DNA from: Gallionellaceae bacterium | GTDB lineage: Bacteria; Pseudomonadota; Gammaproteobacteria; Burkholderiales; Gallionellaceae | Length of the DNA stretch: 35,766 nt | Direction: 5' to 3' | Assembly: GCA_003151655.1 (NCBI GenBank) | Contig: PLYB01000275.1 | Coordinates: 34,320-70,085, forward strand | Shown here: in pieces, positions 17,803 through 25,645 of the stretch | Layout: each line of letters opens with the position of its first letter | Position numbering within the stretch: position 1 is the first letter of the stretch | Position numbers and translations under genes: made by a program | Notes under the pieces: generated by a model | Databases searched by the model: none | The model's input: only the letters and a program-made list of their open reading frames with translations | What the model was told of the DNA's origin: nothing

Positions 17803-18161
17803 GGGTTTCTCTCCAGTGCTGTAGTGACGAGAGTGTCAACCAAGGTGGCCAGCATATTACGTTCTCTCGCAGTTAAATTCGCTTGTTCATTTTTCGCAAA
17901 CAGGGTTAGCAAGTACAGCGGCAATCGTTCGTCATGAAAGTAGTAAATCACCCGTACGCCGCCGCTTTTACCTCGCCCACCTTTGCCCCAGCGCAACTTA
18001 CGCACCCCACCAGTACCCCGCATGACATCACCAGCCTTGGGATGCTCTGCCAGATAGTCAATGATCCCTTGACGCTCTTCCGCAGACAGATGCTTTTCTG
18101 CAAAAGAGATATAGGCTGGCAATTCAGCGATGGTGTTCAACATTCGGGCATTGTAATCCAT
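17799..18161 (-). CDS. RelE/HigB-superfamily toxin
   Basis: ...GDVMRGTGGVRKLRWGKGGRGKSGGVRVIYYFHDERLPLYLLTLFAKNEQANL is typical of this toxin family. Toxin-first order as in higBA. The start is either ATG 18161 or ATG 18143. The ORF-track extension to 18263 runs antisense into repeat copy B. Confidence 0.8.
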   Translation of the reverse strand: MDYNARMLNTIAELPAYISFAEKHLSAEERQGIIDYLAEHPKAGDVMRGTGGVRKLRWGKGGRGKSGGVRVIYYFHDERLPLYLLTLFAKNEQANLTARERNMLATLVDTLVTTALERNP

Positions 18162-18193
18162 TGGACTAGTTTGGCGCAAAAGATATTTATCGG

Positions 18194-18382
18194 CTACGAC
18201 TCTCCAACGCCGCTGATTCGATGAGCGTGTTGAACGACATGCCAGCGCGCCTGCCGCCCGCATTGAAGCGCGAAAAATTCAATCTCTATCTGGTCAATGG
18301 CAGTGAGCACTGCCTGAGCCTGACCGACGATTCGCTGCAGGCGATTGGGGTGGTGCTGGCAGAGGTGGATGAAGCCGTAGGC
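18194..18382 (+). pseudogene. Degraded copy B of the small nif-associated ORF
   Basis: By eye about 90% nucleotide identity to 17283-17424, with most differences at third codon positions. It lacks the roughly 60-nt segment encoding ATLAALKKTWPDLRFTLCNDD. The original stop is lost through a 1-nt indel relative to copy C. Confidence 0.6.
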
Positions 18383-18454
18383 TACCGTAACTCAGTCTTG
18401 ATCTGTCAAAAACTATCAGACTGTTACTTGTTATTGATCACGAATTGACCATCG

Positions 18455-18699
18455 CTACTCGTCTGCGGCCTGACATGCAGCAGCTATAACATTATCGGCG
18501 ATGAAGTAACCCGATGCGCGCAATTCCAATAAGCTGGGCCGCACACTGGAAATCAGACCACGGCGCCCGCGACCGCAACTTCGTTGAAAACCGTTTGAGG
18601 AATCCAGCATTCGACAAACAAAGCGGGCAACAGACCAAGCTGATCGAGCAATGATAGCGCGATCAGAGGCCCGGAGTTAACCACCGCTCGGTCAAGCAT
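18455..18699 (-). pseudogene. DUF3368-type PIN-like toxin remnant
   Basis: The N-terminal 48 codons (MLDRAVVNSGPLIALSLLDQLGLLPALFVECWIPQTVFNEV...) end in a premature stop. A C-terminal-like fragment (...ELRASGYFIADNVIAAACQAADE) lies in another frame. The total length is far below the full-length size I recall for this family (not verified). Confidence 0.6.
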
Positions 18700-18946
18700 T
18701 CTGGTCAAATTCCATGATCAGCTCATCGTCATCAAGAGATAGCACTGGCACACCGGCGCGCCCGGCAGCAAGGAGAAATTCAACCCGCCCCATATCGCAA
18801 AGTTTACCGGCCTTGCCGGAACTCAAACGGCCAACCTCGAACAGCTTCAGCGCCAGCATGAACTTAGCCTCGCTCGCCAGCGATTCTGGTGAAACTCCGG
18901 GAGATGCCAGCGCATCTATAGGTAATTCAAGCATAACGGAATTCAT
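18692..18946 (-). CDS. UPF0175 family antitoxin
   Basis: 84 aa. ...EAKFMLALKLFEVGRLSSGKAGKLCDMGRVEFLLAAGRAGVPV is the UPF0175 signature. Its stop overlaps the ATG of the toxin remnant. Confidence 0.8.
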   Translation of the reverse strand: MNSVMLELPIDALASPGVSPESLASEAKFMLALKLFEVGRLSSGKAGKLCDMGRVEFLLAAGRAGVPVLSLDDDELIMEFDQNA

Positions 18947-19039
18947 TAGTCAGCCCTCAGGAAAAATCATCGCAACGTGTTCAATTATGGCATAACACGC
19001 CGATAATTAGTTCACATGCCGTTGTTGCAGATCAGATCA

Positions 19040-19297
19040 ATGAACGTCATACCCGCCAACGCCATCGCTCAGCAGGGCGTGTTGAACAAAGCTACTCTGG
19101 TTGCGTAGAAAAAGATCTGGCCGGATTTGCGTTTTACTTTATGCAATGACGACGACATGCCCGCGCGCCTGCCAGCCCGCATTGAAGCGCGAAAAATTTA
19201 ATCTGTATCTGGTCAACGGTAGTGAACATTACCTTAGCCTGACCGACGATCCGCAAGAGGCGATTGGAGTGGTGCTGGCATAGGTGGATGAGGCATA
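19040..19297 (+). pseudogene. Degraded near-full-length copy C of the small nif-associated ORF
   Basis: Starts with an ATG at 19040 and aligns along the whole of copy A. It has an in-frame TAG at codon 23 (19106-19108) and a 1-nt insertion in the MPARL region. Confidence 0.75.
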
Positions 19298-19499
19298 GGC
19301 TATCAGAATTCTATTTCTGATGTTACCGCCTGATTTTTACGCAATTTAAAATTGAGTTGCGGGATAGCAGACAGTCGCGATGGGCGAGAAATAACCGAAA
19401 GCCGTTATTTTTCTCTGTAATAGGTTGCTCAATAGTTGCTGTTCACCAAGTACAGCTACCGAGACGAAGTGAACGTTTAAAGTTAATTGGGGGGCATAT

Positions 19500-20099
19500 T
19501 CATTGCTGGCTAGTTTTCGCCGGCCCAAACAGAGCCAGCATTTTGGAAATGTCCTCGTCCAGTTTAACTTTGCTTGCATCATCTGTTTTCATCCACATCT
19601 CTTGAAAGCGCATGGCATCGCCACCGAATAACACTGTCTGGTTGCGGATGCGATCTCCCTTATTCGGTAAAACTTGGGTTTCTGATCCGCCTGCGTAGTG
19701 GGCTAATACCTCGGTATCCAGAACTACAGGAGTAACTCCTTCCGGATAGATGCGAACACCGAAAATACTTGAACCAAACGTACTATCGTTGTCTCCAATA
19801 TTCCAGATTCGCCAAATGTAATGCGTTCCAATGTAACCATGCCACTGCACCAGATTGCCTTCAGCGTAGTCGTGTTTGTCGTCGTCATACCAGACAATTG
19901 CTCTGTTATCTGGCAATAGCACAACCAGCATCATCTGACCGTCATCTCCAAGCACAGAGTAGGACACGGGTGTAGTAGGCGACTTCCATGGAACGATAAT
20001 TTGGCTTTTGATCCCGATGATGATTATGGCAAGCACGATAACCCCCATAATTGCTTTGCCAATCCATGCTGATACTTTGCTGACGATGGTAGATAGCAT
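19500..20099 (-). CDS. Membrane-anchored hypothetical protein
   Basis: ATG at 20099 follows GAGGTG. One N-terminal TM helix (AIMGVIVLAIIIIGI). No recognisable domain. Lies in the AT-richer region. Confidence 0.6.
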   Translation of the reverse strand: MLSTIVSKVSAWIGKAIMGVIVLAIIIIGIKSQIIVPWKSPTTPVSYSVLGDDGQMMLVVLLPDNRAIVWYDDDKHDYAEGNLVQWHGYIGTHYIWRIWNIGDNDSTFGSSIFGVRIYPEGVTPVVLDTEVLAHYAGGSETQVLPNKGDRIRNQTVLFGGDAMRFQEMWMKTDDASKVKLDEDISKMLALFGPAKTSQQ

Positions 20100-20152
20100 T
20101 GTTGTCACCTCGACGATGTCCAACAGTTATTGGCACCCAACATCATTGCACC

Positions 20153-20620
20153 TTACGCGGATTCATCATTGCGATCGATTTTATCTAGGAAGCGCTGCAT
20201 TGCTGGAGTTATTGGCTTTGAAAAACCAAACTTTCCATAGGCACTCTTGAAACTTGGCCAAATTTCAGGAAGCAAGCCGCGTGACCTAAAGTATGGATGC
20301 AACCAAATCCAGTCTAATTCATATTTACTTGAATTTATAGCAGTGTTTCGTTCACGAAAACAGCATGCACCGACATACCGTCCTTGATCTATGAACAAGT
20401 ATGCCTCATATGGAACGAACCAATCATCTCCGGGACACTCGGCAGCTTCAAACTGAATCGCGCCCCTCCTCCGTTCACGCAAGAAGTAAGTCGCAAAGCG
20501 CTCAACTTGTTTTTTGAGCATTTTAGACGAATTTGGATTGACACATTTTAGCTTTGTACTCGTAGTAAATTTTGCCTTAGGCAGAATAATCGAGTAATAG
20601 AGCGTTTCACGATCAGTCAT
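20153..20620 (-). CDS. Hypothetical protein, possible GNAT-like fold
   Basis: 155 aa. WIWLHPYFRSRGLL resembles the GNAT acetyl-CoA-binding R/Q-x-x-G-x-G/A segment. The assignment is weak. Confidence 0.45.
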   Translation of the reverse strand: MTDRETLYYSIILPKAKFTTSTKLKCVNPNSSKMLKKQVERFATYFLRERRRGAIQFEAAECPGDDWFVPYEAYLFIDQGRYVGACCFRERNTAINSSKYELDWIWLHPYFRSRGLLPEIWPSFKSAYGKFGFSKPITPAMQRFLDKIDRNDESA

Positions 20621-20638
20621 AGGTGACCTACTTTGATA

Positions 20639-21703
20639 TCAAGGTAGGTAAGAAAAATCTCTGCACTGAGATAATCGCCCCCAAGACTCATCTTCTTCCA
20701 TGCATGCTTGCAAACTTGATGATCTTGTATATTCCTCAGACTTTGTCTCAGTTGAAGTAGGTGCCCTATATCGTGCAGAGCATTCATCAACTTTTTTATT
20801 TTTTTGTATATTAGCGAAATCAGCCTCGCCGCGAGAGTATGCCACCAACATCGCCGAAGGTTTGAGATTTGGTCTGCTAAGTAAAAAAGTGTTTATACGG
20901 TCAAGCTCAGCCTCGGATTTTGACAGCAATTCCTTAATCATCACTCTCCCTTTCTCAATGCTTTCTTTATAAGGTGGATAGCGGTCCATCTTTTCGCGCT
21001 CAACTTGAGATGAAATTGCTGCATCAAATTGTGCACTTTGTTTCACATATGCTGCAAGCCCTTCTTTTGCAACAGCACTACAATATGACGCTTTTAACTC
21101 CGCTTCATTAGGCATTTGGAATTGCTGTACTATTGGAGATTGGTGATCGGTTCCCTGAGCGGGGGAAGTAGGCGCGACTGGAGCAACTGTGCCGCTCAGT
21201 TCCTTGAGTTTATCTACCACTTGTGCCCCATCACATTTTTTGCAGGGCAGGGATTCCGAATACACGACCTTGTTATCAAAAATGTTCTGAATACTTAATG
21301 CGAGATAATATATTCCTTCTTGCTTAGTGATATTCGCCGTTGCAATCAACTCAGCCTGAAATGCAATTGCGATATTCTGCATACATTTTGTTTCGTCACA
21401 TTCTTTATGGGCAGTATTGCGATTTTCCTTCATGAATATCTCATGTGCTTTTTGTGAAACTTGTTCGCCAGAATAAACATCATATTTTCGTTGAAGCCCC
21501 TTAACTAGGGCTGTCTCCATTGCTCCAGTCAGGTTTTTATCCTCATATGGGATACGCAGGGGCATGAGAACGAGTCGCTCTTTTGTCGACTCATCTGTCT
21601 GGTGCTTGTTTTTGGATGCGGCTTGAGACTGTAGGGGGATTGCACTCAAGCAGAGGGTGACGATGACAATACCGAACAGATTATGCAGCTTTAATGTGCG
21701 CAT
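20639..21703 (-). CDS. Secreted hypothetical protein
   Basis: ATG at 21703 gives MRTLKLHNLFGIVIVTLCLSAIPLQSQAAS, a signal peptide. Cys-containing N-domain. No recognised family. Confidence 0.6.
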   Translation of the reverse strand: MRTLKLHNLFGIVIVTLCLSAIPLQSQAASKNKHQTDESTKERLVLMPLRIPYEDKNLTGAMETALVKGLQRKYDVYSGEQVSQKAHEIFMKENRNTAHKECDETKCMQNIAIAFQAELIATANITKQEGIYYLALSIQNIFDNKVVYSESLPCKKCDGAQVVDKLKELSGTVAPVAPTSPAQGTDHQSPIVQQFQMPNEAELKASYCSAVAKEGLAAYVKQSAQFDAAISSQVEREKMDRYPPYKESIEKGRVMIKELLSKSEAELDRINTFLLSRPNLKPSAMLVAYSRGEADFANIQKNKKVDECSARYRAPTSTETKSEEYTRSSSLQACMEEDESWGRLSQCRDFSYLP

Positions 21704-22006
21704 GTGTTTTGGCTTTTGTTGGTTGTGATTCCCCATCCTCGACAGGGCTGGGGTTATTCTAACCGAAACCGCCAAGATTGGAAGGCGGGCGGTTGTTCTG
21801 CTTCGTGCACAATCCCGAACTTCACGGTATCAAATAGCACGCCATAAAGCAGCCTTTCCCCATCGGCAGTTCATGGACGACAGCAGAAGTTTAAGCTTAA
21901 TTATGCAACGCCGTAAAGCAGTCACTCGCGACTATTTTCATGTCGCGTTAGAAAGAAACTGCCAGCCAGACGACATCGGAGCGACAAGGCATAAATGCAG
22001 CACCGG

Positions 22007-22207
22007 TTACTTTTCTTTCTTTTTCCACTCGTCCGTCAGCATCCCGGCGAATCCCCAGTCTTCTTCATTGATTTCCTGAATAACGATGTGCGTGTGTTCC
22101 GGTTTTTTGCCGAGAACGCGTACCAGTGTATCTGTGACCTCTTTGACTAACTGGGACTTTTGTTCTCGTGTCGCGCCCTTGGTGATTTGAATATTTACGT
22201 ATGGCAT
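22007..22207 (-). CDS. 4-oxalocrotonate tautomerase family protein
   Basis: 66 aa. MPYVNIQITKGATREQKSQLVKEVTDTLVRVLGK has the catalytic Pro1 and the family signature. Confidence 0.85.
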   Translation of the reverse strand: MPYVNIQITKGATREQKSQLVKEVTDTLVRVLGKKPEHTHIVIQEINEEDWGFAGMLTDEWKKKEK

Positions 22208-22211
22208 TTTG

Positions 22212-23282
22212 CTAATTTCCTTGTGGATGAGACATCTTTAACCAGTTGGCATTGAAGTATTCAGGAATGGCACCCGGTGTCATTTCCGCGCGACTGCCAA
22301 TCGGGCAAGCTGCGCTGTCGATCTGGTGCAGCCATTCTCTAAAGCGCAGCATGCTCACCGGATTCATCACGCATGATTTTTGGCCGAAGGGATGGCCGAA
22401 TTGAAACAGCATGTGCCCGATCTCGTGCGCCAGATAAGCTCCCGACAATTCGGCGGCTTCCTCATCCGAATATGTTTCACCACCGCGTAACAGCTTGGTG
22501 TGCTTTGAACTGTCTTGAAACGGAAATGTGCTCCAGACGATATAGGTACCGAATTTGCTGTTGCGGCTGTAGGTGGTTAAGCCAACCGTGACACCGCCGC
22601 GAATTGCGGTATGGATATCAACGCCGACGTATTCTGCGCTGGCAAAAAGTTGATTTGTAATCACTAACTCATAAGGAAGATTGCCATAACCCAAAATGTC
22701 CCAATAAGTAATTTCGTTGTAGGGCGTGGCATCAAGCACCGGTGCACCGTCAGCCGCTTTAACAGTGCGCCATCCTTCCAGTCTTTCCAGCATCACATCC
22801 GACAGTAATTCAGAAAATGACCCCAAGTCTGTTGCATGTGCACCCGGTAGATAGGGTTTTACATAGGCAAGCCCGTCTTGCCATTTGGTTCCTCGTTCGG
22901 TGAGCGTGGTGTTGATTCCCTTGGTGAGTTTTTTCTTGTCGCCCGTACCGGATTTAAAGTCGTAGATGGAAGATTTTCGCAGCTCACCAAGTTGCGGCGG
23001 TATGAGCGCAAATATTTGCGCTATCCCCGTTTCCGCAACTTCGGTGAATTCGACATTGACACCGAAATTTTTCTTAACGGTTGCCTGGGCAGAAGCCAGC
23101 ATGATACGAATTTGCTCGGGAGACATCCGCGCCAGACGCTCGTTGTTTGCGTTGACGACGCGAATTTGAACTGTAGCGCCGGGCTTGGCGGAAGTGAAAG
23201 GTGCTTTCTGCCATTTGCCGCCAAATTCCTGACAGCCGCATAGCAGCATGACAATTACTAAACAAAGGTACTTAACTCGCAA
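22212..23282 (-). CDS. Lipoprotein with zinc-metallopeptidase-like motif
   Basis: TTG start preceded by GGGGAG. Lipobox LLCGC. HEIGHMLFQFGHPFGQKSCVM resembles the archaemetzincin-type motif HExxHxxGxxH...CxM. Confidence 0.6.
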   Translation of the reverse strand: MRVKYLCLVIVMLLCGCQEFGGKWQKAPFTSAKPGATVQIRVVNANNERLARMSPEQIRIMLASAQATVKKNFGVNVEFTEVAETGIAQIFALIPPQLGELRKSSIYDFKSGTGDKKKLTKGINTTLTERGTKWQDGLAYVKPYLPGAHATDLGSFSELLSDVMLERLEGWRTVKAADGAPVLDATPYNEITYWDILGYGNLPYELVITNQLFASAEYVGVDIHTAIRGGVTVGLTTYSRNSKFGTYIVWSTFPFQDSSKHTKLLRGGETYSDEEAAELSGAYLAHEIGHMLFQFGHPFGQKSCVMNPVSMLRFREWLHQIDSAACPIGSRAEMTPGAIPEYFNANWLKMSHPQGN

Positions 23283-23290
23283 TATGTTCT

Positions 23291-23358
23291 CCCCGAGAAT
23301 GCGTACCAGTGTATCAGTAACCTCTTTGACTAACTGCGACTCCTGCTCTCGTGTTGCA
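23291..23358 (-). pseudogene. Fragment of a second tautomerase gene
   Basis: About 85% identical by eye to 22109-22175. It encodes ...ATREQESQLVKEVTDTLVRILGE, matching residues 13-35 of the intact tautomerase. It has no start codon and sits directly upstream of, and in frame with, the lipoprotein TTG start. Confidence 0.65.
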
Positions 23359-23384
23359 CTTCACCTTAAAATTTGCCCATGATT

Positions 23385-24056
23385 TTATCTTCGTAAAGTG
23401 AAATTAATGGGAACAATCACTGCGGCGGCAACCGCCTTACCATCTTGGCGAGCTGGAACGAACTTCCAGCGCCAAACGGCATCTATCGACGCTTGGTCAA
23501 GATGGGGAAACCCGCTGCTACGGTAGACTGTCACTGCGTTTGGGCGACCATCTTCGGTGACGAGGATGCGCAGGATGACACGGCCTTCTTCTACTTGTAT
23601 TCTGGACTCTTGTGGATATTCTGGAGCCGGGTTGGACAAATAGTCAGTATCGAACCGAGGCGAGACCACCGCGCCTTGTGGTACGGGTGTGTTCACCGTA
23701 TCCTGTGTATTACGCATAGTCTGTGTCACTGCGACCGATGAAGAAGGGGATTCATTTGCCAGCAATATCGGTAGCGGCTGTGGCTCGGCACGGTGCAGAT
23801 CGTCGCGCAAGAGCTGCGGCTTGGGCACCCTTTTAAATTTTGGTGTTGAGGCCAATGGATTAGCTTGCGCTGCCTTCAGTAAGACGACACCGAGAGCGCG
23901 GGGTGGCCTATCGAGTTGGCGGTGAGGGGTAAATTCAGCCAGCAATAAAAACGCGAGCACATGGATTAGTAGGGCTATCGCCAAACATATAAGCAATCGA
24001 TAGCGTTCATTGCCCGATGAGTGTCCAATTGGGAAAACTGGCTCTAAGGTTTTCAT
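23385..24056 (-). CDS. tonB: Energy transducer TonB
   Basis: N-terminal anchor (LLICLAIALLIHVLAFLLL), a Pro-rich linker and a C-terminal TonB domain (YPQESRIQVEEGRVILRILV...WKFVPA). The start at ATG 24056 is preferred over 24185. Confidence 0.75.
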   Translation of the reverse strand: MKTLEPVFPIGHSSGNERYRLLICLAIALLIHVLAFLLLAEFTPHRQLDRPPRALGVVLLKAAQANPLASTPKFKRVPKPQLLRDDLHRAEPQPLPILLANESPSSSVAVTQTMRNTQDTVNTPVPQGAVVSPRFDTDYLSNPAPEYPQESRIQVEEGRVILRILVTEDGRPNAVTVYRSSGFPHLDQASIDAVWRWKFVPARQDGKAVAAAVIVPINFTLRR

Positions 24057-24295
24057 TCGCTGCCCACGATGTTTAAAGCCGTCACAGCATAGACTTATCA
24101 AAGTACGCCAGCCAAGGTACTGGTTATTTCGGAGGACGGTGTGCTTCATCACAAGCCTTCTTTTGTCATCACGAATGAATGGCAATCAAAACCTACTGAG
24201 CCTTGCCGCGCTGGACAAAGGCTCTGCGTGGAGTTCAAAAGCAATTGGCCTGTTACACGGTTTCTATAATTCGCCGAGAAACTTTCCCCTTTCGT

Positions 24296-25645
24296 TCATA
24301 GCGACTCAAGAAATTTAAGCAATGCTCGTCTATCGGGCACAGTCATGTCCTTTACTGCCCGTGCAGCTTCAACTCCTTCACCGTCATGCCACAAAACGGC
24401 TTCAAGCAAGTTTCTGGCGCGACCATCGTGTAGAAATCCTGCGCGAGGCTCGACCTTTTGTGCGAGGCCGATTCCCCATAATGGCGGTGTGCGCCATTCG
24501 CGGCCTGTTGCCAGATAGTCTGGACGCTGATCGGCAAGTGCATCACCCATGTCGTGCAGTAACAGGTCGGTGTAGGGATGGATGGTTTGGCGTGTCAAAG
24601 TCGGATAGCTTGGAAAGTTGGATGTTTTCAATTCCGATACATGGCAGGCGGCACACTGCGCTTGTTTGAATAACAATGCACCGCGTTTTACATCGGTATT
24701 TTCAACGTTACGCTGACGCGGCGCAGCCAAGGAAAAGTGATAGAATTCAGCGGCATCCAGTTGTTCTGTACTTAGTTCCGGCTTTCCGGCAGAAGGGGAT
24801 TGCTGGCAAACTATTTGAGCTTCCGTGCAATTTTCCTGTGGAAATAGTGGTGATGTGATGCCCATGTCACCTACAAATGCTCCGGCAATTTGCTGCCGCA
24901 GATTAGGCATATTGGCTTTCCATCCGAAGCGACCCAATACAGTTTTTTGCTGAACCACATCCCAGACACGATTGACTTTGCCTTTGATGCCCTTGGGTTT
25001 TGGCGTATCGACCAGTGCGACGATGTCTGCTTCCGATACGGCTTGAAGTAGCCCCAGACCAAAAATTGGCGGTGCGATGCGCGGCGATGTCAGCATGTCG
25101 AGTGAAAATTCTCCATAGGCCAGATCGACAAAGGTCAGGTTGGGTTTACGCAGCATGACCTGTTTACCGCCATTGAGTTTGATCGCTTGTTCGGTATAAC
25201 GCACTTCCGCTCTACCTTCACCGGGTACACCCGGTACACCGTTCTCATTTAATTGGCCACCGTAGGCAAGGTGCGGCTTGGGGCCACCATGCGCATCGGT
25301 GCCGGGAATACTCAAACGTACCAGCATCGAACGCATTGGTTCCTGCGGTGTAGCCGGAGCAAATCCGCGCCCGTTTCCGGCATGGCAGGCGATACACGAA
25401 ATACGGTTGTATAGCGGGCCGAGTCCCGAAATCTCGCGATTTTCACTGGGCGGAATAACCCAACTTTGCCGTACCAGAGCACGCCCTTTGAAAAATTTAG
25501 GGCGATCTGTTTCAGATAGTGCAGGCACGGGCTGGGTATAAGCTTCACGCGTGGCATCATCGGTGGTGATCAAAGATTCATCAGCGATTACCGGATGGCT
25601 CAGCGTCAAAGTGGCTATCAAACTGCATAAGTACAATGGTTTCAT
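24296..25645 (-). CDS. Di-haem c-type oxidoreductase (DUF1111-like)
   Basis: Signal peptide from ATG 25645. Two CxxCH motifs (CIACH and CAACH). Its ATG overlaps the stop of the upstream binding-protein gene. Confidence 0.75.
   Translation of the reverse strand: MKPLYLCSLIATLTLSHPVIADESLITTDDATREAYTQPVPALSETDRPKFFKGRALVRQSWVIPPSENREISGLGPLYNRISCIACHAGNGRGFAPATPQEPMRSMLVRLSIPGTDAHGGPKPHLAYGGQLNENGVPGVPGEGRAEVRYTEQAIKLNGGKQVMLRKPNLTFVDLAYGEFSLDMLTSPRIAPPIFGLGLLQAVSEADIVALVDTPKPKGIKGKVNRVWDVVQQKTVLGRFGWKANMPNLRQQIAGAFVGDMGITSPLFPQENCTEAQIVCQQSPSAGKPELSTEQLDAAEFYHFSLAAPRQRNVENTDVKRGALLFKQAQCAACHVSELKTSNFPSYPTLTRQTIHPYTDLLLHDMGDALADQRPDYLATGREWRTPPLWGIGLAQKVEPRAGFLHDGRARNLLEAVLWHDGEGVEAARAVKDMTVPDRRALLKFLESL

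Noticed and set aside
18221-18448. 75-aa ORF (MSVLNDMPARL...) as a functional truncated paralogue of the small nif ORF
   Set aside because: It lacks the N-terminal half and an internal segment. It has also lost the family stop codon and reads into unrelated sequence, so it is treated as pseudogene copy B. Residual function cannot be excluded.
21776-22006. 230-nt non-coding gap between the secreted-protein gene and the tautomerase gene as a possible gene or mobile-element remnant
   Set aside because: Only very short ORFs are present and there is no recognisable transposase, integrase or RNA motif.
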